Shown piece by piece: positions 27,508 through 38,341 of a stretch of DNA of 41,556 nucleotides (position 1 is the first letter of the stretch; the number at the start of each line of letters is the position of its first letter). The DNA is from Sulfurovum sp. (lineage in GTDB: Bacteria; Campylobacterota; Campylobacteria; Campylobacterales; Sulfurovaceae): NCBI RefSeq assembly GCF_041551015.1, contig NZ_JBFENQ010000001.1:1-41556 (forward strand), read 5' to 3'. A program made the translations under genes and the position numbers. The notes under the pieces were generated by a model that was given only the letters and a program-made list of their open reading frames with translations, did no database searches and was not told the DNA's origin.

Positions 27508-28273
27508 CTTTCACCTTATCCTTAAACCTCTCTTTTGTATACTCATTCTTAAAGAATTCTTCTACAAAGGGATGTTGTGATTGTAACACATTTTCTAATG
27601 ACCCTTGTGCTACCACATGTTTATCTGCCAAAACTGCCATCCTATCTACGATACTGAAAATACTATCTAAATCATGCGTGATCATCACAACAGTGATACC
27701 TAACAAGTCACGCAACTCCACAATAAGTGCATCAAAATTTCGTGCACCTATAGGATCTAATCCTGATGTAGGTTCATCCAGGAAAAGTAATTTCGGCTCC
27801 ATCGCCAATGCCCTTGCAAGTGCAGCACGTTTCACCATCCCTCCACTGAGTTCAGAAGGGTATAGTGCTCCTACATGCGGTTCCAATCCTACAAGCGCCA
27901 ATTTGGATTGCACCAATTTATCTCTCATTACTTTAGTTATATTGGTATATTCTTTGAGTTGTACTTCTATATTTTCTGCAATCGTCAAAGAAGAGTAAAG
28001 TGCTCCAAACTGGAAAAGCACACCCCAGTCACTGCGTAAGACCTGTGCGTCTTTGAAGCCTATACGGCTTAAGGATTTACCCAAAACGGTTATTTCCCCT
28101 GCACTAGGCTCCATGAGCATAATCATCTCTTTCATAAGTACAGATTTTCCTGAACCACTTTCCCCTAAAATACCATAGATCTCATTTTCATCGATATGAA
28201 GATTAATTCCATCATGAATAGTTCTTTCACCAAACTTTGTCACAACATCTTCTACTTTAATGACTGTTTTCAT
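27500..28273 (-). CDS. mlaF: MlaF-type ABC ATPase
   Basis: GESGSGKS, LFQFGALYSSL, PSELSGGMVKR, LFLDEPTSGLDP, ITHD. Confidence 0.9.
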   Translation of the reverse strand: MKTVIKVEDVVTKFGERTIHDGINLHIDENEIYGILGESGSGKSVLMKEMIMLMEPSAGEITVLGKSLSRIGFKDAQVLRSDWGVLFQFGALYSSLTIAENIEVQLKEYTNITKVMRDKLVQSKLALVGLEPHVGALYPSELSGGMVKRAALARALAMEPKLLFLDEPTSGLDPIGARNFDALIVELRDLLGITVVMITHDLDSIFSIVDRMAVLADKHVVAQGSLENVLQSQHPFVEEFFKNEYTKERFKDKVKDV

Positions 28274-29373
28274 AGTCCAAGCTCCGTAAAAATTACTGAG
28301 AAAAGTGCATCAAAAGCGATCACTAAAAAGATGGAATTGACTACTGATGCTGTGGTATGAAGCCCAACACTTTCTGTACTATAAGAGACCTGGAATCCTC
28401 TAAAACACCCTACCGCTGCGATAAGAAATGCAAAGACCGGACCCTTCATCATACCAAGCAAATAGTGTTTCACTTCTAAAACTTCATAGAGTCTTTCTGT
28501 AAACAATGTCATAGAAATACCCAATTGCATACTGGCTGCGACCATACCACCTAAAATACCAATGAGATCAGCAAAGAAGATCAACAATGGAAGTGCTACC
28601 ATTAAAGCAAATATACGGGGGAGTACCAAAAAAGTATAAGGATCAAAACCCATAGTACGCATGGCAGCTATCTCTTCAGTAATTTTCATAGCCCCTATTT
28701 CAGCAGTATACGCAGACCCACTGCGTCCTGCAATGACAATAGCCGTTATCATAGGTCCCAACTCTCTGGTAATGGATATCGCTACCGTATCTACAATGAA
28801 AATATCTGCGCCAAATTTGGCTAACTGAACAGACCCCTGATAGGAGATAACCATCCCCACTAAAAATGATGTTAGTGCTATGATAATTATTGCATTAAAC
28901 CCTGATTGGTGAATATGGTATATGGTTTCTTTAAAACGTATATCTTTAGGTTTCACAAATGTATGAAACATTGCATAAAAAAGATGTCCGATAAACGTAA
29001 TGAAACTCTTAACATCTTCATAGATCTCAAGGGTGCTTTTACCCAAATTTTCGAGAATACTTTTCTTTCTAGGAGCTTCAATCTCTTGGATATTGCTATT
29101 GAGAAGGTTATACATGTCTTTTTGATTTTCAGTATAACCTACTACTTCTATCTCAGTTTCTTTTTGAAATCGTTTAAAATATTCTATAAAAATCAGTACG
29201 CCTGCACTGTCAAATTCACTGATTCCAGAAACATCCCAAACAATCTTTTTATCATGAGGAATATTGAGTAGCTTATTCTCTATTTCAAACACACTGTTAA
29301 GTGTCCACTCTCCTGTAGAGATAAGCTTAAGATGATGCTGATCTGCCTCATACGTTAAAAACTGCTTCTTCAT
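28270..29373 (-). CDS. mlaE: MlaE-type ABC permease with N-terminal STAS-like domain
   Basis: FDSAG (STAS), RELGPMITAIVIAGRSGSAYTAEIGAMK; start reassigned to 29373 because the ORF-track start overlaps speA. Confidence 0.88.
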   Translation of the reverse strand: MKKQFLTYEADQHHLKLISTGEWTLNSVFEIENKLLNIPHDKKIVWDVSGISEFDSAGVLIFIEYFKRFQKETEIEVVGYTENQKDMYNLLNSNIQEIEAPRKKSILENLGKSTLEIYEDVKSFITFIGHLFYAMFHTFVKPKDIRFKETIYHIHQSGFNAIIIIALTSFLVGMVISYQGSVQLAKFGADIFIVDTVAISITRELGPMITAIVIAGRSGSAYTAEIGAMKITEEIAAMRTMGFDPYTFLVLPRIFALMVALPLLIFFADLIGILGGMVAASMQLGISMTLFTERLYEVLEVKHYLLGMMKGPVFAFLIAAVGCFRGFQVSYSTESVGLHTTASVVNSIFLVIAFDALFSVIFTELGL

Positions 29374-29443
29374 AAAAACCATTATAGGTAAGATTAGATT
29401 AAGTTTGGCTATAATTTCCATAATATATAAAGAGGTGTAACAC

Positions 29444-31309
29444 ATGAAAAACTTTGGATTAAATATTTGGGGTGAAAATAACTTTATCATAAATAAAGAT
29501 ACTATCAATATCAATTATGGCAAGCAACCCTCTTTGCTTGAGCTTACACAAGAAATTCGTGAAAAAGGATATAAAGGTCCTCTTTTACTACGTTTTCCAC
29601 ATCTCATAGAAAAACAGATCTCTACCCTTTTCAAGACTTTTGACAATGCTAAGAAAGAATTTAACTATCAAGGAAATTTTCAGGCTGTTTTTCCTCTTAA
29701 GGTCAATCAATTTCCAAACTTTGTACATGCTCTTATGGATGTCTCTAAAAAATACAACTATGGACTTGAAGCAGGAAGTAAAGCTGAACTTATCATAGCT
29801 ATGACGAAAACGCCTCTGGGTGCACCTATCACAGTAAATGGTTTTAAAGATAAAGAGATGATATCACTCTGTTTTATTGCAGCGAAAATGGGACACAATA
29901 TCACTGTTACCATAGAAGGTCTTGGAGAACTCGAGACTATTGTAGAGGTCAACCACGAATTCAATGAGGATGCAGTAACTCCTATCGCACCTAAAATAGG
30001 AGTACGTATACGTCTTCACAGTTCAGGCATAGGAATTTGGGCAAAAAGCGGTGGATACGGTTCTAAATTTGGACTCACCTCTACAGAGCTTCTAGAAGCT
30101 TATGAGATAATGCAAAAAAATTCACTTTTAGACCACCTTTGGATGATCCATTTTCACATAGGGTCACAGATGGGTGATATCGCTCCACTTAAAAAAGCAT
30201 TGAGAGAAGCTGGACATATTTATGCTGACCTTAAAAAACGTGGTGCTGATGCACTCGGAGCTATCAACATCGGTGGAGGTCTCGCCGTAGAGTATAGCCA
30301 ACACGAAGATAAACAAGAGAGAAACTATTCTCTCAGAGAATTTGCCAATGATGTAGTTTTCCTTATGCAAGATATTGCAAAAAGCAAAAATGTTGCAGAA
30401 CCAGATATCTTTACCGAGTCAGGACGTTATATCGCAGCTTCGCACTCAGTACTTGTCGCACCTGTACTTGAACTTTTTTCTCAGGAGTATACAGAGAAAG
30501 GTCTACGTCTTAAAGAAGTCAATCCTCCTCTTATACAAGAACTTTATGATCTTTACAACTCTTTAAGTCGTGAACGTGCGAGAGAGTACCTGCATGATGC
30601 TCTTGATCATATGGAAAGCCTCCTTACACTCTTTGATCTAGGCTATATTGATCTTGAAGACCGTTCAAATACAGAGATATTGGTGAATCTCATTATTAAA
30701 AAAGCTATTGCATTGCTCAAAAATGAAGATAGCGATGAACTCAAAAAACTACAGGATCGTATACAGGAGAAATATCTTGTGAATTTCTCAGCGTTCCAGT
30801 CATTACCTGACTTTTGGGGCTTGGGACAGCAATTTCCTATCATGCCTTTAGACCATCTTGATATCAAACCGACCAACCCGGCAAGTATCTGGGATATCAC
30901 CTGTGACAGTGATGGAGAAATAGGTTTTAATCGTGACTTTCCACTTTATTTACATGATATCGATGTTGATACAGAAGAGTATTTTTTAGCTTTCTTTCTT
31001 ACCGGAGCATATCAAGAAGTATTGGGAATGAAACATAACCTTTTTACGCATCCTACTGAAGCAGTTATCACTTTTGATGAAGAAGGAAATCATAGTATAG
31101 ATGATCTCATCGAGGCACAAAACATAATGGATGTTTTAGATGATTTAGATTATGATACCTATCTCATCGATAAATCACTTAAATATAGAATAGAAGAATC
31201 TAAACATCTAAACAATGAAGAAAAACGTGAACTTTTAGGTAAACTTTACCTTTATTTAAGTGAAAATAGCTATCTTAAGACTATTCAAGCCATTGACGAG
31301 GAGTGTTAG
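29444..31309 (+). CDS. speA: Biosynthetic arginine decarboxylase
   Basis: [56 protein letters not shown]. Confidence 0.97.
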   Translation: MKNFGLNIWGENNFIINKDTININYGKQPSLLELTQEIREKGYKGPLLLRFPHLIEKQISTLFKTFDNAKKEFNYQGNFQAVFPLKVNQFPNFVHALMDVSKKYNYGLEAGSKAELIIAMTKTPLGAPITVNGFKDKEMISLCFIAAKMGHNITVTIEGLGELETIVEVNHEFNEDAVTPIAPKIGVRIRLHSSGIGIWAKSGGYGSKFGLTSTELLEAYEIMQKNSLLDHLWMIHFHIGSQMGDIAPLKKALREAGHIYADLKKRGADALGAINIGGGLAVEYSQHEDKQERNYSLREFANDVVFLMQDIAKSKNVAEPDIFTESGRYIAASHSVLVAPVLELFSQEYTEKGLRLKEVNPPLIQELYDLYNSLSRERAREYLHDALDHMESLLTLFDLGYIDLEDRSNTEILVNLIIKKAIALLKNEDSDELKKLQDRIQEKYLVNFSAFQSLPDFWGLGQQFPIMPLDHLDIKPTNPASIWDITCDSDGEIGFNRDFPLYLHDIDVDTEEYFLAFFLTGAYQEVLGMKHNLFTHPTEAVITFDEEGNHSIDDLIEAQNIMDVLDDLDYDTYLIDKSLKYRIEESKHLNNEEKRELLGKLYLYLSENSYLKTIQAIDEEC

Positions 31310-32013
31310 AAGTGAACCCATTTAGTCTTATCAAAGAAGATTTTCTTAATGTAAAAAGGAATGATCCTGCCCTGCACTCTACCTTTGAACTCTTTTTTAA
31401 TTACCCTGGGCTATGGGCACTTCTATTTCATCGTTTGGCACATTCGCTTTACAAAAAAGGACTTAGGTTCCTTCCACGACTCATCTCTGCCATCGGGCAA
31501 TTTTTAACAGTGATAGATATACATCCTGCTGCAACCATTGGTCGCAGAGTTTTCATTGACCATGGAGTTGGAGTTGTTATCGGTGAAACCGCAATCATCG
31601 GTGATGATGTGATTATTTATCAGCAAGTAACATTGGGCGGTGTGAGTACAAGTAAAGGGAAAAGACACCCGACCCTTGAAAACAACGTTGTTATAGGTGC
31701 AGGAGCTAAAATACTTGGAAACATTACTATCGGCGAAAACTCAAAAGTAGGTGCTAACTCTGTTGTGGTTAAAAATGTACCTCCCGACTCAACTGCCGTA
31801 GGTGTACCTGCACGCGTTCTCAAACGAGGATTTGATAAAACACCACTTAGTCATAATAAACTCCCGGATGTGAACAAAGAGATATTTGAATATCTTCTCA
31901 AACGTCTTGCTATTGTTGAAACTGCTGTTGAGACTGGTGACCATAAGCACATTAAAGAAAAAGACCATGAACTTGAAGAGCTTTATGACAACTTTATTCA
32001 CTCTATGGATTAA
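31303..32013 (+). CDS. cysE: Serine O-acetyltransferase
   Basis: [34 protein letters not shown], hexapeptide repeats; GTG start. Confidence 0.96.
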   Translation: MLEVNPFSLIKEDFLNVKRNDPALHSTFELFFNYPGLWALLFHRLAHSLYKKGLRFLPRLISAIGQFLTVIDIHPAATIGRRVFIDHGVGVVIGETAIIGDDVIIYQQVTLGGVSTSKGKRHPTLENNVVIGAGAKILGNITIGENSKVGANSVVVKNVPPDSTAVGVPARVLKRGFDKTPLSHNKLPDVNKEIFEYLLKRLAIVETAVETGDHKHIKEKDHELEELYDNFIHSMD

Positions 32014-32081
32014 AAAGATTTGTTGCTTTTTTTAACGGATTTTTTGATACAATTATACAATTTATAATCAAAGGTTTTAAC

Positions 32082-33248
32082 ATGCTTTCAGATCGTATCC
32101 AAACACTATCTCCATCACTTACTATAGCCATCTCTTCACTTGCGCGTGATTTAAAAGCACAAGGAAAAGATATTCTTTCTTTCTCAGCTGGAGAACCAGA
32201 CTTTGGAACTCCACAACGCATTAAAGATGAAGCGATTAAAGCTATCAACGATGGTTTTACCCAGTACACTGCTGTACCAGGTATACCAGAGCTTCTGGAA
32301 GCTGTAGCAGCAAAACTAAAAAGAGACAATGGTCTGGACTACGCTCCTTCGGATATCATTGTAAGTAATGGTGCAAAACAATCTCTCTTTAACCTTTTTC
32401 AAGCTGTACTTAATGAAGGTGATGAAGTTATCATCCCTGCACCATATTGGGTAACATATCCAGAGTTAGTGAAATATGCTAGTGCCGTACCGGTTATTAT
32501 AGAAACAAATGAAATAAGTGGATTTAAGATCACGGCAGAACAACTCAAGGCTGCCATCACACCTAAAACAAAAATGATCATTCTTACATCACCATCTAAC
32601 CCTACTGGTTCTGTTTATTCAGAATCTGAACTTCGTTCACTAGCAACAGTACTAGAAGGTACAGATATCATTGTAGCAAGTGATGAAATGTATGAGAAAC
32701 TTGTCTATGACATAGATTTTGTAGCTGCTGCAAGCATCTCTGAAGATATGTATCAAAGAACGGTAACGATCAATGGTCTCAGTAAGTCTGTAGCGATGAC
32801 AGGATGGCGTTTTGGGTACTTGGCTACTCCAAATAAAGCATTGATTGCTGCAATGAACAAACTTCAGAGTCAAAGTACATCAAACATCAACTCTATCACG
32901 CAAAAAGCAGCCATTCCAGCACTGCTTGGTGAAGTCGATACAGAGATCGAACAAATGAGAAGAGCTTTTGAAGGTAGAGCAGAAGAAGCAGTTAAACTAT
33001 TTAACGACATTAACGGTCTTTCTGTACTTAAACCACAGGGTGCATTTTACCTCTTTGTAAATATCAAAGATATATCAAATGACTCTATAGAATTCTGTAA
33101 AGAGTTACTTCAAGCTACTGGTGTTGCTGTAGTTCCTGGTATAGGTTTTGGATCTGAAGGGTATTTTAGATTTTCATTTGCTACAGATATTACAACGATC
33201 CGTGAAGGTATCAGACGTATCGAAAAGTTTGTACAGAGTAAAAAGTAA
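32082..33248 (+). CDS. aspB: Class I PLP aminotransferase (aspartate aminotransferase)
   Basis: GEPDF, NGAKQSL, PYWVTY, SPSNPTG, SDEMY, SKSVAMTGWRFG; follows cysE as in Campylobacter. Confidence 0.9.
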   Translation: MLSDRIQTLSPSLTIAISSLARDLKAQGKDILSFSAGEPDFGTPQRIKDEAIKAINDGFTQYTAVPGIPELLEAVAAKLKRDNGLDYAPSDIIVSNGAKQSLFNLFQAVLNEGDEVIIPAPYWVTYPELVKYASAVPVIIETNEISGFKITAEQLKAAITPKTKMIILTSPSNPTGSVYSESELRSLATVLEGTDIIVASDEMYEKLVYDIDFVAAASISEDMYQRTVTINGLSKSVAMTGWRFGYLATPNKALIAAMNKLQSQSTSNINSITQKAAIPALLGEVDTEIEQMRRAFEGRAEEAVKLFNDINGLSVLKPQGAFYLFVNIKDISNDSIEFCKELLQATGVAVVPGIGFGSEGYFRFSFATDITTIREGIRRIEKFVQSKK

Positions 33249-33262
33249 AATGCCTTTTGCCT

Positions 33263-33291
33263 TTTAGACCAAGATACTTGCTTGGTCTAAA
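33263..33291. terminator. Probable bidirectional terminator between convergent aspB and dedA-like genes
   Basis: tttagaccaag-N7-cttggtctaaa perfect 11-bp inverted repeat. Confidence 0.7.
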
Positions 33292-33302
33292 TTAACTTTG
33301 AA

Positions 33303-33860
33303 CTACTTTTTCTTCTTTGTCATATTTTCCATAACAAACCATACAGTACCAATAATAGTAAATAAGATCACAGGTGCTATCCATGGATTTATTTTAATAT
33401 ATTCAAACACTGCGATGATAAACTCACTTGAATAATACGCACTCAATCCGATCGTCAATACAAACACAATGGATGCAAATATATTATAAAATGCAAACTT
33501 TTTAAAGTCGTACTTCGCAAGTGCCATAGAGAGTGGTACAAGGGTTTTAATACCATAGAGGAACTTCTGTATAAATATAGCCAGTATTCCGTACTTACGC
33601 ATGATAAGTGTAGCAAGGGCTATTTTACGTTTATGTTTTGCAAAATAAGGCTGAATTTCTTTTTTCTGGTATTTCCCTAGATAAAAAAGAAAGATATCAC
33701 CTAGAAAATTAGACACTGTAGCTACAGCTAAAGCAGTAGTCAGGTCCATTTTTCCCATGAAAGAGAATACACCTGCTGCTGCCACGATGAACAGCGAACC
33801 ACCAAAGGCAAAAAATGCTACAGCTAAGTAACCCCAAGTCTCTAAAGAAGCAAAATCCAT
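33303..33860 (-). CDS. DedA family membrane protein
   Basis: NFLGDIFLFYLGK, IFIQKFLYGIKT, FAFYN; start reassigned to MDFASL at 33860. Confidence 0.85.
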   Translation of the reverse strand: MDFASLETWGYLAVAFFAFGGSLFIVAAAGVFSFMGKMDLTTALAVATVSNFLGDIFLFYLGKYQKKEIQPYFAKHKRKIALATLIMRKYGILAIFIQKFLYGIKTLVPLSMALAKYDFKKFAFYNIFASIVFVLTIGLSAYYSSEFIIAVFEYIKINPWIAPVILFTIIGTVWFVMENMTKKKK

Positions 33861-33918
33861 AAAAAATCCTAAATAGTTTATTAAAGAATCATACCCAAAA
33901 TAAGTTATAATCCTTCTC

Positions 33919-34833
33919 ATGATTGAAACACTAATGAGTATACTATTTGTCTATGTCTTTATACTTTTAGGCTACATGGCTAAACGTATCTTCTCTGAAG
34001 ATATGAATACAAAAACACTTACACTGATGTCTGTCTATTTTCTACAACCTTTTGTCACTATATGGGGCTTCAGTACAGCCAAATTACACAGTGAACACCT
34101 TTACGTCCCATTCATCTACCTTGCCATCATCTTAGTGCTTCTCATACCGACCATCATCCTAGGCAAGATGATCTTTAACGATCCAAAAGAAAGAGCCATC
34201 TTTTCTATAGCAGGATTTGTAGGAAATACAGGAAACATTGGTATTCCTCTGGGTATTGCTCTCTTTGGAGAAGCATCTGTTATCTATACTACTCTTATCA
34301 ATATAGCAAATATATTTGTCGTCTACATTATTGGTGTCTACATATATTCACGGGGTTCATTCAGTATTAAAGATTCACTCTTTAACATTGTGAAGATCCC
34401 TATTATTCCTGCCTCTGTTATCGCTATATATATTAATATATACGATATACCTCTAAGTGCACAGATTCAAGAGTTTTTCAAAATGGGTGCCTACGCAGGT
34501 ATCGTCTTACAGCTCTTTTTACTGGGAACATTCTTACAAGGCATACGCATCAAAGAGCTACACCCAAAACTCTTTATAGGTACGATCAGCCAAAAGTTTG
34601 TCATCGTCCCTTTGGCTACAGCTGTCATACTCTCTTTTACGCATCTGCCACTTTTTGTACAAGGTATCATCTTTATGGAAATGATGGTACCTTTGGCTGT
34701 TGCCAATATTAACCTTGCTTCGCTATATAATTGTAAACCCAAAGATGTGACTTCTCTTATATTATTGAGTACACTTTTATTTATGCCTTTACTGTTTGGC
34801 CTAAGTTATGTTATAAATCACTACTATTTGTGA
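33919..34833 (+). CDS. AEC (auxin efflux carrier/malonate) family transporter
   Basis: About 10 TM, GNTGNIGIPLGIALFG motif. Confidence 0.85.
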   Translation: MIETLMSILFVYVFILLGYMAKRIFSEDMNTKTLTLMSVYFLQPFVTIWGFSTAKLHSEHLYVPFIYLAIILVLLIPTIILGKMIFNDPKERAIFSIAGFVGNTGNIGIPLGIALFGEASVIYTTLINIANIFVVYIIGVYIYSRGSFSIKDSLFNIVKIPIIPASVIAIYINIYDIPLSAQIQEFFKMGAYAGIVLQLFLLGTFLQGIRIKELHPKLFIGTISQKFVIVPLATAVILSFTHLPLFVQGIIFMEMMVPLAVANINLASLYNCKPKDVTSLILLSTLLFMPLLFGLSYVINHYYL

Positions 34834-34866
34834 TAAAATAACCCTATAATTTTCAGAGGAGTCACT

Positions 34867-36084
34867 ATGTCTAAAAAAACCCTTATTATTGGTGCTGGCG
34901 GTGTCGGAAATGTTGTTGCTTTTAAGTGTGCAATGAATGCTGATACTTTTGGAGAGATCACGTTAGCAAGCCGTACTATCAGTAAATGCGATGCCATCGC
35001 TGCAAATGTAAAAGAGAAAACAGGCGTCCAGATACACACACGAGCAGTGGATGCAGATTCCATACCTGAACTTAAAGAACTCATTGCTGCTACGGGTGCA
35101 AGTATTGTCATCAATGTGGCACTTCCTTACCAGGATCTTACCATCATGGATGCCTGTGAGGAGATGCAGGTTGATTACCTCGATACAGCAAACTACGAAC
35201 ACCCTGACACTGCAAAATTTGAGTACAAAGAACAGTGGGCTAGAGATGAAGAGTTTAGAAAAGCGAATATCATGGGTTTACTGGGTAGCGGTTTTGACCC
35301 TGGAGCCACCAACGTATTTTGTGCCTATGCGCAAAAACACTATTTCGATGAGATACATACCATAGACATTCTTGACTGTAATGCAGGGGACCATGGGTAT
35401 CCTTTTGCAACCAATTTCAACCCTGAGATCAATCTTCGTGAAGTTTCAGCAAAGGGACGTTACTGGGAGAATGGAGAGTGGATAGAAACTGAACCTATGG
35501 AGATCATGCAAGTCTGGGATTACCCGGAAGTGGGACCAAAAGACAGTTACCTGCTTTACCATGAAGAGATGGAATCTTTGGTCAAACATATCAAAGGGCT
35601 AAAACGTATCAGATTTTTCATGACGTTTGGACAAAGTTATCTTACACATATGAAATGTCTTGAGAATGTAGGCATGCTGGGTATCAAAGAGGTCGAACAT
35701 AAAGGAATGAAGATCGTTCCTATGGAATTCCTTGCCACCCTGCTTCCCGATCCTGCTAGTCTGGGACCACGTACCAAAGGTAAAACAAATATCGGTATCT
35801 TCGCTAAAGGTATCAAAGATGGTAAAGAAAAGGCCATCTACATTTACCAGGTCAGTGACCATGAAAAATGTTATGCAGAAGTGATGAGTCAAGGTGTAAG
35901 TTACACCACAGGTGTACCTGCCATGATAGGAGCCAAACTGATGTTAGAAGGCAAATGGCAAGGCAAAGGTGTCTTTAACATGGAAGAGCTTGATCCAGAT
36001 CCTTTTATGGAAGAGCTGAATAAACAAGGTTTGCCTTGGCAGGTAATGGAACTTGACGCTGATGAAACTCGTGTAGTATCATAA
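34867..36084 (+). CDS. Saccharopine dehydrogenase family, carboxy(nor)spermidine dehydrogenase
   Basis: IIGAGGVG, NVALPYQDL, YLDTANYE, GSGFDPG, FATNFNPEINLRE, HEEMESL, QGVSYTTGVPA. Confidence 0.9.
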   Translation: MSKKTLIIGAGGVGNVVAFKCAMNADTFGEITLASRTISKCDAIAANVKEKTGVQIHTRAVDADSIPELKELIAATGASIVINVALPYQDLTIMDACEEMQVDYLDTANYEHPDTAKFEYKEQWARDEEFRKANIMGLLGSGFDPGATNVFCAYAQKHYFDEIHTIDILDCNAGDHGYPFATNFNPEINLREVSAKGRYWENGEWIETEPMEIMQVWDYPEVGPKDSYLLYHEEMESLVKHIKGLKRIRFFMTFGQSYLTHMKCLENVGMLGIKEVEHKGMKIVPMEFLATLLPDPASLGPRTKGKTNIGIFAKGIKDGKEKAIYIYQVSDHEKCYAEVMSQGVSYTTGVPAMIGAKLMLEGKWQGKGVFNMEELDPDPFMEELNKQGLPWQVMELDADETRVVS

Positions 36085-36097
36085 CACATAAATATAG

Positions 36098-36853
36098 ATG
36101 GATTTTATACTCAAAAAAATTGTCTCTATGTTTATCATGCCCTTGCCTCTGGGTGTGGCACTCATACTACTGGGATTATTTTTTCTCTATAAAAACAAAC
36201 TAGCCAAGGCCAAATTTACACTTATGCTAAGTGTTACATGGCTTTTTCTCATTTCATACTCTCCTATTGTAGATACACTTTTATATGACATAGAATCTAA
36301 GAATCCTACACTGCATACCAGCCCTAAAAATATTAAATACATTTATGTTTTAGGGGGAGGACATCATACAGATGAAACTCGGCCCATTACCTCTCAGGTT
36401 GTTGACACATCTGTTGTAAGACTCAATGAGGGTATACGTCATTACCAGCAACTAAATGGCAAAGCAAAAATTATAGTATCAGGGTATCATGGATTATATG
36501 ATATTACGGAACATGCCATTATGCAAAAAAAGTTGGCTATATCACTAGGTGTAGATAAAAATGATATTATTTTACATCTTGGTACTAAAGATACAGAGGA
36601 AGAAGCACAAGCAGGAAAAGAATTATTGAAAGATGAACCATTTATATTGGTAACTTCTGCATCCCATATGACAAGAGCACTTAATTTCTTTAAACAAGAA
36701 GGTCTTCATCCTATACCTGCACCTACAAATCACCTTGCCAATGGAAAATATTTGGACTATACAGACTTTTTTTCTGCCACCGCCTTGAAGAAGTCTCACA
36801 TTGTATGGCATGAGTATTTAGGTCTTATTTGGCAAAAGTTGAAAGGGTTCTAA
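36098..36853 (+). CDS. ElyC/YdcF (DUF218) family envelope protein
   Basis: Two N-terminal TMs, VLGGG, VRLNEG, DTEEEA, LVTSASHMTRA, HEYLG. Confidence 0.88.
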   Translation: MDFILKKIVSMFIMPLPLGVALILLGLFFLYKNKLAKAKFTLMLSVTWLFLISYSPIVDTLLYDIESKNPTLHTSPKNIKYIYVLGGGHHTDETRPITSQVVDTSVVRLNEGIRHYQQLNGKAKIIVSGYHGLYDITEHAIMQKKLAISLGVDKNDIILHLGTKDTEEEAQAGKELLKDEPFILVTSASHMTRALNFFKQEGLHPIPAPTNHLANGKYLDYTDFFSATALKKSHIVWHEYLGLIWQKLKGF

Positions 36854-37560
36854 TGCATTTCAATGGCTTTCCAAAAGAAGGACTTACATTCCTTAGCAAC
36901 ATTATTATAAACAACTCCAAAAAGTGGCTTGATGACCATAAAAACGAGTATGAAAAATACATCGTTTCATCCAACAAAGCCTATGTGGAAGAAATGGGTG
37001 AACACTTGCAAATACTTGTACCTTCCATAAATGCCATACCTAAAATAAACAAATCACTTTTTCGTATTTACCGTGATGCAAGGTTCCACCGGCTTGATCC
37101 TATTAAAGAGCGTATAGGCATCATCTTTTGGCAGGGTGATACACACCGTATGCAGAGCAGCTCTTTTTATATGCATTATGACCCTTTTGAGATATTTGTC
37201 GCTACGGGTATCCGTAACTTCAAAGCACCTCTACTCGCTACTTACAGAGAATACATAAAAAACGATGCAAAGAGAGAAACACTGCACCATATCCTAGAAG
37301 ATCTGAAAAATAAAGGCTACACTATTCCTGAACCTCAATACAAACGTTATCCTTTAGGATTGGACAAAGATGACAAATATGCCTATCTTTACCTCTATGG
37401 TGCTATGTATGCTTACACAGTATTCCCACCCGATGAAACATTTCACTCTGAATTCATTATAGACAAAAACTTTAAGATCTATGAAGATATGCTTGACCTG
37501 CAGCAATGGGTCAATGAACTAACTTGTGTTGAAGAAATGATACCAGAATATCTTTACTAA
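36853..37560 (+). CDS. DUF2461-like protein
   Basis: F.GF..EGL.FL..I..NNSK.W and SLFRIYRDARF motifs; ATG overlaps the upstream TAA (start reassigned to 36853). Confidence 0.75.
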   Translation: MHFNGFPKEGLTFLSNIIINNSKKWLDDHKNEYEKYIVSSNKAYVEEMGEHLQILVPSINAIPKINKSLFRIYRDARFHRLDPIKERIGIIFWQGDTHRMQSSSFYMHYDPFEIFVATGIRNFKAPLLATYREYIKNDAKRETLHHILEDLKNKGYTIPEPQYKRYPLGLDKDDKYAYLYLYGAMYAYTVFPPDETFHSEFIIDKNFKIYEDMLDLQQWVNELTCVEEMIPEYLY

Positions 37561-37603
37561 AAATACACCTTTTTGTTTCTTAAAAAATCATATAACATAT
37601 TAA

Positions 37604-37648
37604 AAGTGTAGATTGACACTTGACACTTTAGATAAATTACTCTATACT
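37604..37648 (+). promoter_or_regulatory. Sigma70-type promoter of the merR-aas operon with overlapping palindrome
   Basis: TTGACA 37620-37625, 17 nt, TATACT 37643-37648; inverted repeat aagtgt-N6-acactt 37604-37621 and tandem ttgacac repeat. Confidence 0.55.
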
Positions 37649-37675
37649 ACACTAATTCAAACAAAAGGATTAGTC

Positions 37676-38341
37676 ATGTCCCTCAAAATGAAAGACCTTT
37701 CTCTCCAAACGAATGAGAGTAAATCAACCATACTTTATTACCTAAAAGAAGGTTTACTTCCTCAACCATCTAAACCTAAACCAAATGTACATCTCTATGA
37801 TGAAAGTTGTATACAAATAATCAAGTTTATCAAATACCTTCAACACAACTTCTCATACTCAATAGCTGAGATAAAAAACTTATTTAAAGAGAATCATTTT
37901 GATTTTGATGGAAGTTTTGAGATGATGGTCCGTTCTCTAGAACTGATCTCGGGAGGAAAAGAGAATCAATGGTATTCTAAACAAGACTTTTTAAAACTTG
38001 TTACAATGGATGAAAAAAAACTCAAAGCTTATCAGAAGAAAGGTTACCTATTTGAGAGAGCTAAAGGTTTCTCATCCAAAGAGGTAGAGATAGCTGAGAT
38101 TATAGAGAGAGCAAGTAACCTAGGTCTTGACTTTGATCTTCTTGATGCTTATGTAGATGATGCCAAAATACTTGCAGAAAAAGAGAATGACATAGGTGCA
38201 ACCCTACTCAAAGAAGATGAAGAGTCACACAATGCACGTTATGAACTTCTTTTTGATCTTATACTGACACTCAAACCTTACATTTTTAACATGCACACCG
38301 TTCAGGAACATAAAAAAAATATCACAAAGGCAAGCAAATGA
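37676..38341 (+). CDS. MerR family transcriptional regulator
   Basis: KMKDLS...STILYYLKEGLLP..YDE...IKFIKYLQ...SIAEIK; ATG 37676 with SD aagga. Confidence 0.88.
   Translation: MSLKMKDLSLQTNESKSTILYYLKEGLLPQPSKPKPNVHLYDESCIQIIKFIKYLQHNFSYSIAEIKNLFKENHFDFDGSFEMMVRSLELISGGKENQWYSKQDFLKLVTMDEKKLKAYQKKGYLFERAKGFSSKEVEIAEIIERASNLGLDFDLLDAYVDDAKILAEKENDIGATLLKEDEESHNARYELLFDLILTLKPYIFNMHTVQEHKKNITKASK

Noticed and set aside
29374-29514. ORF-track N-terminal extensions of mlaE (also hydC, hydA, coaD, dedA, DUF2461-like, merR)
   Set aside because: They overlap neighbouring genes or promoters; downstream starts fit SD or promoter positions and family N-termini better.
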